From the human T2T-CHM13v2.0 reference genome, Homo sapiens: 64,000 nt of DNA. Shown here piece by piece: positions 1-19,455 of this stretch. The stretch's first letter is position 1; every line of letters starts with the position of its first letter. The DNA lies in assembly GCF_009914755.1 (NCBI RefSeq), contig NC_060934.1, one strand, 5' to 3'. The notes beneath the pieces were generated by a model. That model had not been told where the DNA came from and did no database searches. It was given only the letters and a program-made list of their open reading frames with translations. Position numbers and translations under genes: made by a program.

Positions 1-745
1 CTGTTTATTTCATATTGCTCCTTCAATAAATAAATGCTAACCCATTTAAATGGGTTAAAAATTCAATATTTTCTTATTTCAAGAGAATTAAAAGTTTGCC
101 TTTTAACACAACCCACTTTATATTTAGAATGCTGAAAGTAATATTTGGGAATCTAAGTAATATTCTTAACTTATAAAAATTGTTTAATATTGATTAAAAA
201 GTTGTGGGTTACATTTTAGTTTTAATGGTAATATAAAAGATATGTCATTCTGAGATAAGGGAAATTTTCATAGTTTTCAGCTTCATCTACAAAAAAAATT
301 TTTATACAATAAGATGATTGTAAAAGCAAACTAATTTTGAAACAATTTTATATAGGTCTCTAAACAAGACCTAGAAAATTTTTAGAATTGCTTTTGTTAA
401 AAAGCATTTAATTAGGAAATTCTCAGGGCAAAAATGCTGGGAAAAAGGGAAAAGATAAAAGGGCTGTACATATTTGACATGTATCCACAATATATTTTTA
501 TCATACATTTTATTAAAGTATTCCTATAATAATAATTTTGTAAGCCATTTGAGTTCTTCTAAAGATTGAAACAGACTAAAATATAAATCTAAACAAGAAT
601 CTTAATAATTATTAACACTATTTGCTTAGAACTATTTGCGAGGGAAAAATCACAATATTGCCTGGGCACCCTCCTTGCTATTCAGTGTTCCCAATTGCCT
701 CTCAGGTCCATTAATTGTTCTGACTTTTTAATTTGATACATTCAG

Positions 746-822
746 GAAATAATGAAAAATAAAATGTTTCTGCAATGACATTGTAGATGAGAGCAAAAAG
801 CTAGCTCTTTTTCTCAAAGCAG
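746..822 (+). other. Candidate non-coding, poison or decayed exon (77 nt)
   Basis: ttcAG acceptor at 744-745, CAG|GTAATT donor at 823, 76-nt intron to the coding exon at 899. Stop codons in all three frames. Confidence 0.35.
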
Positions 823-871
823 GTAATTAAATACCAGTCTTGATATATATATATATGTATATAATTTCTAA

Positions 872-1003
<132 letters not shown>

Positions 1004-1142
1004 TGATTGAATGATTATGTGTTTCCATGATATAATTATAAATAAATGAGGGGAAAACATTATTAAATATACAAACAACTTGTTAGGGAGTCACTGGATA
1101 GCATACAAATATAACGACAATTATATAAAAATTATCTCGGTG

Positions 1143-1444
<302 letters not shown>

Positions 1445-1732
1445 GATTGGTGAGTTATCATTATATTACTTAGAGAGTCTATTTTAACTAAGATCTGTGT
1501 AAAGGGGAAGCAATAGCTTTATCTCAAGCAAATAATAGTATGTGGCATTATGAATTCTTAATATGACACCCGAAATTAATCTGAGCATAGCAGGAAAAAA
1601 GATGATTTCTGTATATGTAATATTTTTGCTAGGTTATTTAGGTGTTTGATATACGGTTAAAAGCAAAGATATTTTTTTCTTCCTTTCCAACATGTATCAT
1701 GTTAGTATTCAATCAATATTTTATTGCATTGA

Positions 1733-2039
<307 letters not shown>

Positions 2040-2048
2040 AAATTTTTT

Positions 2049-3510
2049 AATTATTATTATATTTTAAGTTCTGGGATACATGTGCAGAACGTGCAGGTTT
2101 GTTACATAGGTATACATGTGCCATGGTGGTTTGCTGCACCCATCAACCTGTCATCTACATTAGGTATTTCTCCTAATGTTATCCCTCTCCTAGGCCCCCA
2201 CCCCTGACAGGCCCCTGTGTGTGATGTTCCCCTCCCTGTGTCCATGTGTTCTCATTGTTCAGCTCCCACTTATGATTGAGAACATGTGGTGTTTGGTTTT
2301 CTGTTCTTGTGTTAAGTTTGTAGAGAATGATGGTTTCTGGCTTCATCCACGTCCCTGCAAAGGACGTGAACTCATCCTTTTTATGGCTGCATAGTATTCC
2401 ACGGTGTATATGTGCCATATTTTCTTTATCCAGTCTATCATTGATGGGCATTTGGGTTGGTTCCAAGCCTTTGTTATTGTGAACAGTGCCACAGTAAACA
2501 TACATGTGCATGTGTCTTTATAGTAAAATGATTTAGAATGCTTTGGGTATATACCGAGTAATGGGATTGCCGGGTCAAATGGTATTTCTAGTTCTAGATC
2601 CTTGAGGAATCGCCACACTGTCTTCCACAATGGTTGAACTAGTTTACACTCCCACCAACAGTGTAAAAGCATTCCTATTTCTCCACATCCTTTCCAGCAT
2701 CTGCCGCTTCCTGACTTTTTAATGATCACCATTCTAATAAATGTGAGATGATATCTCATTGTGGTTTTGATTTGCATTTCTCTAATGACCAGTGGTGATG
2801 AGCTTTTTTCATATGTTTGTTGGCCGCATAAATGTCTTCTTTTGAAAAGTGTCTGTTCATATCCTTCGCCCACTTTTTGATGGGGTTGTTTGTTTTTTTC
2901 TTGTAAATTCGTTTAAGTTTCTTGTAGGTTCTGGATATCAACCCTTTGTCAGATGGATAGATTGCAAAATTGTTCTCCCATTCTGTAGGTTGCTTGTTCA
3001 CTCTGATGATAGTTTCTTTTGCTGTGCAGAAACTCTTTAGTTTAATTAGATCTTATTTGTCAATTTTGGCTTTTGTTGCCATTGCTTTTGGTGTTTTAGT
3101 CATAAAGACTTTGGCCATGCCTATGTCCTGAGTGATATTGCCTAGGTTTTCTTCTAGGGATTTTATGGTTTTAGGTCCTATGTTTAAGTCTTTAATCCAT
3201 CTCGAGTTAATTTTTGTATAAGGTGTAAGGAAGGGATCCAGTTTCAGTTTTCTGCATATGGCTAGCCACTTTTCCCAACACCATTTATTAAATAGGGAAT
3301 CCTTTCCCTATTGCTTGTTTTTGTCAGGTTTGTCAAAGTTCAGATGGTTGTAGATGTGTAGTTTTATTTCTGAGGCCTCTGTTCTGTTCCATTGGTCTAT
3401 GTATCTGTTTTGGTACCAGTACCAAGCTGTTTTGGCTACTGTAGCCTTGTAGTATAGTTTGAAGTCAGGTAGTGTGATGCCTCCAGCTTTGTTGTTTTTG
3501 CTTAGGATTG
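2049..3510 (-). mobile_element. 5'-truncated L1PA7-like LINE-1 (3' UTR plus ORF2 C-terminus)
   Basis: L1 3' UTR motifs and ORF2 peptides in the ORF track (2343..2873, 3308..3514). 16-bp TSD gcattgacctaaactt at 1726-1741 and 3511-3526. Confidence 0.93.
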
Positions 3511-3891
3511 GCATTGACCTAAACTTTTAAGACAAAATTAAATGGCTGTGGTGGAGGATACAGGAGCAACACTCTTCTATTTTGTTTTGAAGTGGGAATG
3601 CCTCTGTTTGACCTGTGATGATCCATTGTCTGAGCTAAATATTCATTATTATCTAAAGACGTTTTCTTTTATCCCAGCAGTCAAGTTGAACTGAATTAAT
3701 CTAGTTAAAATTTTCAAAATATGAAGTATACCTAACATAAAATATATCATTTTAACCATCTTTAAGTATACAATTCAGTGGCGTTAATTACATTCACAGT
3801 GTTGTGCAACCATCACTAACATCTATTTCCACAACTTTTCATCACTCCCAAAGGAAACTCATTAAGCAATAACTCTCATTCCCCGCATTTT

Positions 3892-4269
3892 CCTCCATTT
3901 TGGGTTGCTGTAACAGAATACCACAGACTGGCTAATATAAAGAAAAATTTATTTTTTACAGTTCTGAAGGCTGGGGAGTCCAAGGTCAAGGGACCTGCCT
4001 CTGGCTACAGCCTTCTTGCTGCATCATCCCATGGCAGAAGGTGGAAGGGTGAGAGAGCATGAGAGAGCAACAGAGAGAGGAAGGGGGACAAACTCGGGAG
4101 CCTACTTTGTGATAACTTACCCCCTCCTACAATAATGGCATTAATCTATTCATGAGGACAAAGCCCTCATTACCTAATTATGTCTTAAAGAGCCTAACTC
4201 TCAACATTGTTGCACCAGGGATTAAGTTTCTAGTATATGAACTTTAGGAGGCACGTTTAAATCAAAGCA
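3892..4269 (-). mobile_element. MaLR LTR (MST/MLT1A-like)
   Basis: GTTGCTGTAACAGAATACCACAGACTGG...GGCTGGGGAGTCCAAGGTCAAGG...CATCATCCCATGGCAGAAGG motifs. Confidence 0.75.
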
Positions 4270-4537
4270 CACACTGATTTGTATTCTGTGACTGCTGAAT
4301 TTATATGTTAACTCTAATGTTTTTGTGTGGAACCTTTGAAATTATATGTATATATGAATCATCTGTGAATAAAGATAGTTTTACTTCTTCCTTTCCAATT
4401 TGGATGGCCTTTGTTTCTTTTTATTTTCTAATTTCTCTGACTGGATCTTTTAGTACAATGTTGAATAACAGTGATGAAAGTGGACATCCTCATTTTTTCC
4501 TTAAGAGGAAAATTTTCAGTCTTTCACAATTGGATAT

Positions 4538-4935
4538 TGTTATGGTTTGAATGTATACCCTAAAAGTTCATGTGCTGGAAACTTGGTCCCCATTGTAGCA
4601 GTGTTGACAGGTGGGACCTTTGGGAGTTGATTAGGTCATGGAGGCCTTGCCACATGAATAAATTAATCCATTCATAGATTAATGGGTTATCAAGAGAATG
4701 GGTCTTCTTTAAAAGCCAGTTTGTCTGTCTCTTGTGAGCTTCTTCGCCATGTGATGCCCAGAACAGCCTCAGCACTCTGCAGAGAGAGTTCCTACCAGCA
4801 AGGAGGCACTCCTCCGATGTGGCTCCTCAACTTTGAAATCCCCAGCTTTCAGAACTGTAAGAAATAAATTTCTTTTCTTTACAAATTACCAAGTCTCAGG
4901 TATTCAGTTATAGCAATAGAAAATGGACTAAGGCA
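4538..4935 (+). mobile_element. MaLR LTR (MSTD/MLT1A-like)
   Basis: TGTTATGGTTTGAATGT start, AATAAA TTTC, ends GAAAATGGACTAAGGCA. Confidence 0.8.
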
Positions 4936-5515
4936 GGTATATTAGGTGTGGGTTTTTATAAATGTACTTTATCATGTTGTGGAAGTTTTCTTCTATTCAT
5001 AATTTTGTGAGAGTGTTTTTCAAACCATGAAATGGTAACAGATTTTGTCACATGCATTTTTTTGCATCAATTGAGATGAGATGATCATGTGGCTTTTTCC
5101 ATTGTTCTATTAATGTGGTGTATTATACTGAGTGATTTTCCTAGTTTGAACCACACTTTCTTTCCTGGGATAAATCCTACTTGGTCTTGGTGTATGATTC
5201 TTTTAATATGCCATTAGTCCATTTTTCTAGTATTTTTTGAGAAGTTTTGCATCTGTATCATAAGGATACTGCTCTGTATGTTTTTAAAAATAATGTCTTT
5301 TTCTGGTTCTGGTATCATGGTAATGTTGGTCTTATTTTGTAAGTTTTCCCTATTCTTTTATTTTTTAGAAGAGTGTGAGGAGAATTGGTGTTAAATCTTT
5401 AAATGTTTTATAGAATTCATCAGTGAGGCCATCTGGTCCTAGACATTTCTTTGTTGAAAGCGTTATGATTACCGGTTCAATTTTCTTACTAGTTATAGGT
5501 CTGTTCAGATTTTCT

Positions 5516-8500
5516 TTTTTAAATTTTTAGTTTATAATTTTTTTCTGGGTACCTAGTTGGTGTATATATTTATGGGGAATATCAGATATTTTGATACTGG
5601 CATATAATGTGTAATAATCACAGTAGGGTGAATGGGGTATCCATCATCTCAAGCATCTATCCTTTATGTTACAAATAATCCAATTATACTTTCTTAGTTA
5701 TTTTAAAATGTATAATTAAATTATTATTGACTATAGTCACCCTATTGTGCTATCAAATACTAGATCTTATTCATTCTTTCTGTTTTTGTGTACTCATCCT
5801 CGTTTCCCCCACTATGCTTACTAGCCTCTGGTTAACCATCCTTCTACTCTCAATGTCCATCCATGAGTTCAATTGTTTTAATTTTTAGCTCCCACAAATA
5901 AGTGAAAACATGCAGTTTGTCTTTCTGTGCCTGGCTTATTTCACTTAACATAATGTCCTCCAGTTCCATCTATGTTGTTGCACATAAACAGGATCTCATT
6001 CTTTTTATGGCTGAATAGTCCTCCATTGTGTATATGTACCAAATTTTCTTTATTCATTCATCTGTTGCTGGACACTTAGGCTGCTTCCAAATCTTGGCTA
6101 TTTCATTATTTTGAATGTTCTAAGACTTGTTTTGTGGCCTAACAAATGGTCTATGCTTGAGAATACTCCGTGTGCTGAGGAGAAAAATGTGTATTCTGGT
6201 GCCACTGAAAGAAATGTTCTGTAAATATCTATTTGGTTTATAGTGTAGATTAAGTACGAGATTTCTTTGTTGATTTTCTGTCTGGAGGATCTGTCTAATG
6301 CTGAAAGTGGGGTGTTGAAGTCTCCAACTGTTACTGTATTTGGGTCTATGTCTTTCTTTAGCTTTAATAACATTTGCTTTATAAACTGTGGTGCTCCAGT
6401 TTTGGGTGCATATATATTTACAATTGTTATATTATCTTGCTAAATTTACCCCTTTATCATTACATAATGCTCCTCTTTGTCTCTTCTTATAGTTTTTATC
6501 TTGAAATGTATTGTGTCTGATATAAGTGTTGCTACTCCTGCTGATTTTTTTGGTTTCCATTTGCATGGAATATGCTTTTTTTCATCCCTATGCTTTCAGT
6601 CTATGCATATCCTTATAGGTGAAGTGTGTTTATTATACTCAACCAATCATTGGATATTGATTTTTTCAAATCTATTCAGCTACTCTGTATCTTTTGATTG
6701 GACAGTTTAGTCTATTTACATTCAGTGTTGTTATTGATTCTAAGGACTTATTCTTGCCATTTTGTTATTGCTTTTCCAGTTGTTTTGTGGTCTTCTCTTC
6801 CTTCTTTCTTCCCTTTTTGTCTTCCTTTTAGTGAAGGTGATTTTCTCTGGTGGCATGTAGTAATTACTTGCTTTTTATTTTTTGTGTGTCCATTGTATAT
6901 ATTTTTAGATTTGAGGTTACCATGAGGCTTGCAAATCATATAACCCATTATTTTAAACTGATGATAACTTAACACTGATTGCACAAATAACAACAACAAC
7001 AACAGCAAAAACAAGCAAAAAGGAAACTAGCAAAAACTCTACACTTTAACTTCATCCCCCTGCTTTTTAACTTTTTGATTTTTCTCTTTATGTCTTATTG
7101 TTAACTATGTCTTGGAAAGTTGTTGTAGTTCTATTTATTTTTAATTGGTTCATTATTTAGTCTTTCTACTTAAGAGTATTTTACACATCACAATTATAGT
7201 GTTATACTATTCTCTGTTTTTCTATCTGCTACTACCTGTGAGTTTTATACCTTCAAATGATTTCTTATTGTTCATGAATGTCCTTTTCTTTCAGATTGAA
7301 GAACTCTCTTTAGCATTTCTTATAGGACAGGTCTGGTGTTGATAAAATCCCTCAGCTTTTGTTTGTCTGGGAAGGTCTTTATTTTTCCTTTATGCTTAAA
7401 GCATATTTTGCCAGATATAATATTCTAGGGTAAAAGTCTTTTTCCTTCAGCTCTTTAAATATGTCCTACTACTCTCTCCAGGCCTGTAAGATTTTCACTG
7501 AAAAGTCTGCTGCCAGATGTATTGGAGCTCCATTGTATGTTATTTGTTTTTTTCCCTCTTGCTGCTTTTAGGATTCTTTCTTTATCCTTGACCTTTGGGA
7601 GTTTGATTATTAAATGCCTTGAGGTAGTTTTCTTTGGGTTAAATCTGTTTCTATAACATTCTTGTTCTTGAATATTGATCTCTCTGTCTAGGTTTGGGAA
7701 GTTCTCTGTTACTATCTCTTTGAATAAACTTTTTACCCCTATCTCCCTCTTTCTACCTCCTCTCTGAGGCCAGTAACTCTTAAATTTGCCATTGTGATGC
7801 CAATAATGCTTAAATTTTGCCTTTTTGGACTTTGCAGCTAATAACACTTAAATTTTCCCTAATTTATAGATCTTGTAGGCATGCTTCATTGTTTTTTATT
7901 CTTTTTTCTCCTCTGTGTATTTTCAAATAGCCCCTCTTGAAACTCTCTAATTTTTTCTTCTGCCTGATCAGTTCTGCTATTAAGGACTCTGATGCATTAT
8001 TCAGCATGTTTATTGCATTTTTCAATTCTAGAATTAGGGAAAACTTAATTCTAGAATTAGGAAAAATTAAGTGTTATTAGCTGCAAAGGCCAAAAAGGGC
8101 AAATTTAAGGATTATTGGCATCAAAATGGCAAATTTAAGAGTTTTTGTTAGTTTCCTTTTTGCTTGTTTTTTTGTTTGTTTGTTTGTGCAATCAGTGTTA
8201 TCATCAGTTTAAAATAATGGGTTATATGATTTGCAAGCCTCATGGTAACCTCAAATCTAAAAATATATTAATAGATACACAAAAAATAAAAGTGAGTAAT
8301 TACTACATTGCCACCAGAGAATATCACCTTCACTAAAAGGCAGAGGAGTCTCACCAGCACCACCACAGGCCCATGGGGAGTGCTGCCAGGGTGTTACCTG
8401 TGTTTATTTAAGGACCAAGGGCTCTTCAGTTAGCTTTTGGTGAATGCTGCCAGGCCTGGGATTCACCCTTCAGGGCAGCGGGCTCCCATCTGTCCCAGGG

Positions 8501-8719
8501 TAGGTCCAGAAATGCCATCTAAGAGCAAAGGTCTGGAATTGGAGACCTCAAGAAAGCACTTGGTGCTCTTTCTCACTGTGAGCGACATGGTACCTAAGCT
8601 GTTTTTTGGTTCTTATGAAGGTCCTTTTTTTGTGTAGATAGTTGTTAAATTTGGTGCTCATGTGGAGAGGACTATTTGTGGAAGCTTCTATTTAGCCATC
8701 TTGCTCCACTTCCTCTATA
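5516..8719 (-). mobile_element. L1MA-type LINE-1 with large internal ORF2 deletion and internal inverted duplications
   Basis: 3' UTR at 5520-6100 joined directly to the EN domain (track ORF 6098..6373), ORF1 remnant (7455..7847), 5' end GCCATCTTGCTCC near 8695-8710. 13-bp TSD gttcagattttct at 5503-5515 and 8720-8732. Confidence 0.8.
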
Positions 8720-9218
8720 GTTCAGATTTTCTATTCATGATTTAGTCTTGGTAGGTTGGTGTTTCTATGAATTTATTCATATCACCTTGGTAATCCAATT
8801 TTTGTTTTACAGTTGTGCATTGTATTTTCTTATAATCCTTTTTAGTTTATAAAATTATAATGTTTCTTTTTCATTTCTCATTTTAGTTGAGTCTTCTCTC
8901 TCTTTTATTCAATCTAGCTAAATGTCTCAATTTTGTCAGCCTTTTCAAAGAACCAATTCTTGATTTCATGGATTTTACCTATTGTTTTTCTGTTTACTTC
9001 ATTTATCTCTGATCTTACCTTTATTAATTTTTCTGCTAGCTTTGGATTTAGGTTGTCCTTTTTCTAGTTTTTTTAAGGCATAAAGTTAGGTTGTTTATTT
9101 GAGATTTTCTTTTTAATGTGTGTCTACAGCTCTAAATTTCATTTTTTTGTACAACTTTCGCTGCATCTTATAAGTTTTAGGTAAATTTTTATTTTTGTTT
9201 TCATTTGTCTCAAGATAT

Positions 9219-15293
<6,075 letters not shown>

Positions 15294-16321
15294 TGTCTCA
15301 AGATATTTTCTAATTTACCTTATGATTTATTGTGGGACCCATTGGTAGTTTAAGAGCATGTTGTTTAAATTCAACATATTTGTGAATTTAAATTTTCCAT
15401 CTCTAATTTCTAGTTTTTAAAAATTATATTAGAAAAGATACTTCATATTCATTTTAATTTCTTTATATTTATTAAGACTTGTTTTGTGTCCTAACATGTG
15501 GTCTTTCCTACAGAGTGTTCTATGTACACTAGAAAAAAATTGTGTATTTTGCTGATGTTGGGTGGAGGGTTCTGCATATATGTGTTAGGTCCAGTTGGGC
15601 TATCATGTTGTTCAAGTCAAATATTTACTAACTGCTCTTCTCTCTGCCTGTTGTGTCCATTATTAAAAGAAGAGTATCTATATCTCCAAGTATAATAGAT
15701 CTGTCCGTTTCTCCCTTCAATTGTGTCAGTGTTTGGTTCAGATATTTTGGGACTCTGCTGTTTGTTATATATATGTTTTTAATTGTTATATCTGCTTGAT
15801 TCGTTGACCCTTTTATTAGTGTGTACTGCTCGTCTTTGTTGTAACATTTCTTGGCTTAAAGTCTGTTTTGTTTGATATTAGTGTAGCCATGCCAGATTTT
15901 TTTTGTTATTTTTTGTATAGGATATCTTTATCCATCCCTTCACTTTCAATATTTTTGTGTCTTTGCATCTAAAATGAGTCTCTTATACATAGCATGTCAT
16001 TGGGTCATGTATGTATGTATGTGTTTAAAAGCTTTTGTCAGTTTCTGTCTTTAGACTGGAGGTTTAATCCACTTATACTTAATATAATTACTGTTAAGGG
16101 GAACTTGCTTTTGTCATTATTATATTTGTTTTCAGTATGTTTTAAGCCATTTCCCCTGCATTTTCCTCCTTTAGCATCTTCATTGTGTTTCATTGATTTT
16201 TTTCATAGTGTAACATTTTTTATTCTCCTCTCATTTTCTTTTGTGTATGTTTTTAGATTTTTTGTGGTTAATATGGGGATTATATTTAACACTTTAAACT
16301 TATAACAACTTGAGTTGATAC

Positions 16322-17257
16322 TTTTAATTTTTATTTCAATAATATTAGGGGTACAGTGTGTTTTGGTTACATGGATGAATTATACAATGGTGAAGTGTGA
16401 GATTTTAGTGCACCTGTCACCTGAGTAGCATACATTGTATCCAATATGCAGGTTCTTAAATACCTCACCCATTCCCACCTTTCTTTTTGTATATGGTAAG
16501 AGATAGGGGTAGAGTTTCATTCTTCTACATGTGGCTATTGAGGTTTCCCAGAACCATTTATTGAATAGGGTGTCCTTTAACCAATTTATGTTTTTGTGTG
16601 GTTTGTTGAAGATTAGTTTGTTTTAGATATTTAGCTTTATTACTGAGCTCTCTTTTCTGTTCCATTGGTCTATCTACTTTTATGCCAGTACCATGCTGTT
16701 TTGGTTATTATAACTTTGTATACTCTTTTTTGGTTCCATATTAATTTTAGGATTTTTTTCTGATTCTGTGAAAAATGATGTTGGTATTTTGATAGGAATT
16801 GCATTGATTCTGTACAATAGGCAGTATGGTCATTTTTATGATATTCTTCCAATCCATGAGCATGGGATGTGTTTTCATTTGTTTGTGTCATATGTGATTT
16901 CTTTTAGCAGTATTTTATAGTTCTCCATGTAGAGCTCTTTTACCTCATTTGTTGCGTATAGTTCTAGTTTTTTTTTTTTTTTGCAGCTATTGTAAAAAAG
17001 ATTGAGTTCTTGATTTGAGTCTCAGCTTGGTCATTGTTGGTGTATAGTAGTGCTACTGATTTGTGTACACTGATTTTGTAACCTGAGACTTTACTGAATT
17101 CATTTATCAAATATAGGAGTCTTTTTGGAGGAGTCTTTAGGCTTTTCTAGGTATATGATCATATCATCGGCAAACAAAAATAGTTTGACTTCCTCTTTTC
17201 CAATTCAGATGCCTTTTATTTCTTTCCCTTGCTTGAATGCTCTGGCTAGGACTTCCC
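16322..17257 (-). mobile_element. Deleted L1PB-like fragment
   Basis: L1PB 3' end (GGTTACATGGATGAATTATACAATGGTGAAG) joined to ORF2 pieces. Confidence 0.7.
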
Positions 17258-17786
17258 CAACTTAATTTTAATAGCCTAGAGAACCTCTGCTCGAGACTGC
17301 TCAATTCCCTGCACCCTGTATCTAATGACAAAATTACATCTTTATATATTGCATACCCAATAATGGTGCAAAATTATTTCTTATTAATTTGTCTTTTAAA
17401 TAATGCAGGAAGTAAAAAGTGATGTTACAAATAAATGATACAATAATATTGGCTTTTGTATTTGTCTACATAGTTATCTTTACCAGGAAACTTTATTTCT
17501 TCATATGGCTTTGAGTTACTACTTGGTGTGCTTTGATTTCAACCTGAAGGATCTCTTTTGTATTAACTGTCTCATGATCATGAACTCCCTATGTTTTTCT
17601 GGGAACATCTTAATTTTCTCTTCCTTTTTGAAGGACAGCTTTGCCAGGTATAGAATTCTTATTTGATTTTTTTTTCTTTTAGTACCTTAAGTGGATCATC
17701 CCACTGCCTCTGGCCTCCATAGTTTCTGATGAGAAATTGGTAGTTTATCTTATTGAGGCTCGCTTGTATGTGATGAGTCAAGACTT

Positions 17787-18040
<254 letters not shown>

Positions 18041-18204
18041 TAAGTTATGTTTTTCTTAATTCAGCTTTCTTTTGGTTTGCTGTAAACTTTTGACTGTTCT
18101 GCAGACTTCTGACAAAGTTGGTTCTGATAGTTTTGGCTTGTGTTTTACGTTTTTGTGGGGAGTTTGGGAGTTTGGAGCTTTCTATTCCACCATTTTTCTG
18201 ACAT

Positions 18205-19091
18205 TGAGAGGTGAAGCCAGCTGGACTTCCTGGGTCGAGTGGGGACTTGGAGAACTTTTCTGTCTAGCTAAAGGATTGTAAATGCACCAATCAGCACTCT
18301 GTAAAAATGTACCAATCAGTGCTCTGTGTCTAGCTAAAGGATTGTAAATGCACCAATCAGCACTCTGTGTCTAGCTAAAGGATTGTAAACTCACCAATCA
18401 GCACTTTGTAAAAACACACCAATCAACACTCTGTGTCTAGCTAAAGGATTGTAAATGCACCAATCAGCACTCTGTAAAAACACACCAATCAGCGCTCTGT
18501 GTGTAGCTAAAGGATTGTAAATGCACCAGTCAGCACTCTGTAAAATGGACCAATCAGTGCTCTGTAAAATGGACCAATCAGCACTCTGTGAAATGGATCA
18601 ATCAACAGGATGTGGGCGGGGCCAAATAAGGGAATAAAAGCTGGCCACCCGAGCCAGCAGCGGCAACCTGATCGGGTCCCCTTCCACACTGTGGAAGCTT
18701 TGTTTTTTTGCTCTTCACAATAAATCTTGCTGCTGCTCACTCTTTGGGTCCGCACTACCTTTATAAGCTGTAACACTCACTGCGAGGGTTTGCGGCTTCA
18801 TTCCTGAAGTCAGCGAGACCACAAACCCACTGGAAGGAACAAACAACTCCAGATGCGCCACCTTTAAGAGCTGTTAACACTCACTGCGAAGGTCTGCGGC
18901 TTCACTCCTGAAGTTAGCAAGACCACGAACCCACCAGAAAGAAGAAACTCCGGACACATCTGAACATCTGAAGGAACAAATTCTGGACACACCATCTTTA
19001 AGAGCTGTAACACTCACTGCGAGGGTCTGTCGCTTCATTCTTGAAGTCAGCGAGACCAAGGATCCACTGGAAGGAATAAATTCCGGACACA
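18205..19091 (+). mobile_element. ERV9-family solo LTR, LTR12F-like
   Basis: Starts TGAGAGGTGAAGCCAGCTGGACTTCCTGGGTCG. Tandem CTAGCTAAAGGATTGTAAATGCACCAATCAGC repeats, GC box, AATAAA at ~18719, triplicated U5 unit. Ends GGACACA. Confidence 0.92.
18285..18642 (+). promoter_or_regulatory. LTR12 promoter/enhancer: nine CCAAT boxes, GC box and TATA-like AATAAAA
   Basis: Nine CCAAT motifs counted at ~18287-18579, GGGCGGGGCC at ~18614, GGAATAAAAG at ~18631. NF-Y/Sp1 promoter architecture is established for ERV9 LTRs. Confidence 0.7.
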
Positions 19092-19301
19092 GACTTCTGA
19101 CAAAGTTGGTTCTCATAGTTTTTGCTTGTGTTTTATGTTTTTGTGGGGAGTTTGGGAGCTTGGAGCTTTCTATTCCACCATTTTTCTGACATCACTATGC
19201 CTATTAATATTTAATTGGATTCTATTTTGATATTAATTTTTCCACCTATGCTTAATTTTATTTATTTATTTATTTTGCCTCATACACTTTTTCTTTTCTT
19301 A

Positions 19302-19455
19302 GAATTCTGCTCTGCCACTCACTAATGATGTGACCTTGGGAAAGTTTCTTAAACTCTCTTTACCTCAGATTCCTTATCTAAAATGAAGATCAAGTAAGTT
19401 AATATAAGTTGAGTAACTTAATGTAGTTAAAGTGTTCAGAACAGAGTCTGCCATA
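19302..19455 (+). mobile_element. MIR SINE fragment
   Basis: CTCTGCCACTCACTAATGATGTGACCTTGGGAAAGTTTCTTAAACTCTCT core. Confidence 0.8.

Larger units (their letters stand above)
18104..19192. repeat. 101-bp direct repeat flanking the LTR12F (18104-18204 and 19092-19192)
   Basis: The two copies align without gaps, with 4 substitutions. Confidence 0.97.

Noticed and set aside
787-822. Mini-exon encoding ESKKLALFLKA
   Set aside because: It would end in phase 1, incompatible with the phase-0 start of exon 899, and the acceptor lacks a pyrimidine tract.
18255-18605. Regularly spaced repeats resembling a CRISPR array
   Set aside because: These are the U3 tandem CCAAT repeats of an ERV9/LTR12 LTR. 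There are no unique spacers or cas genes, and the DNA is human.
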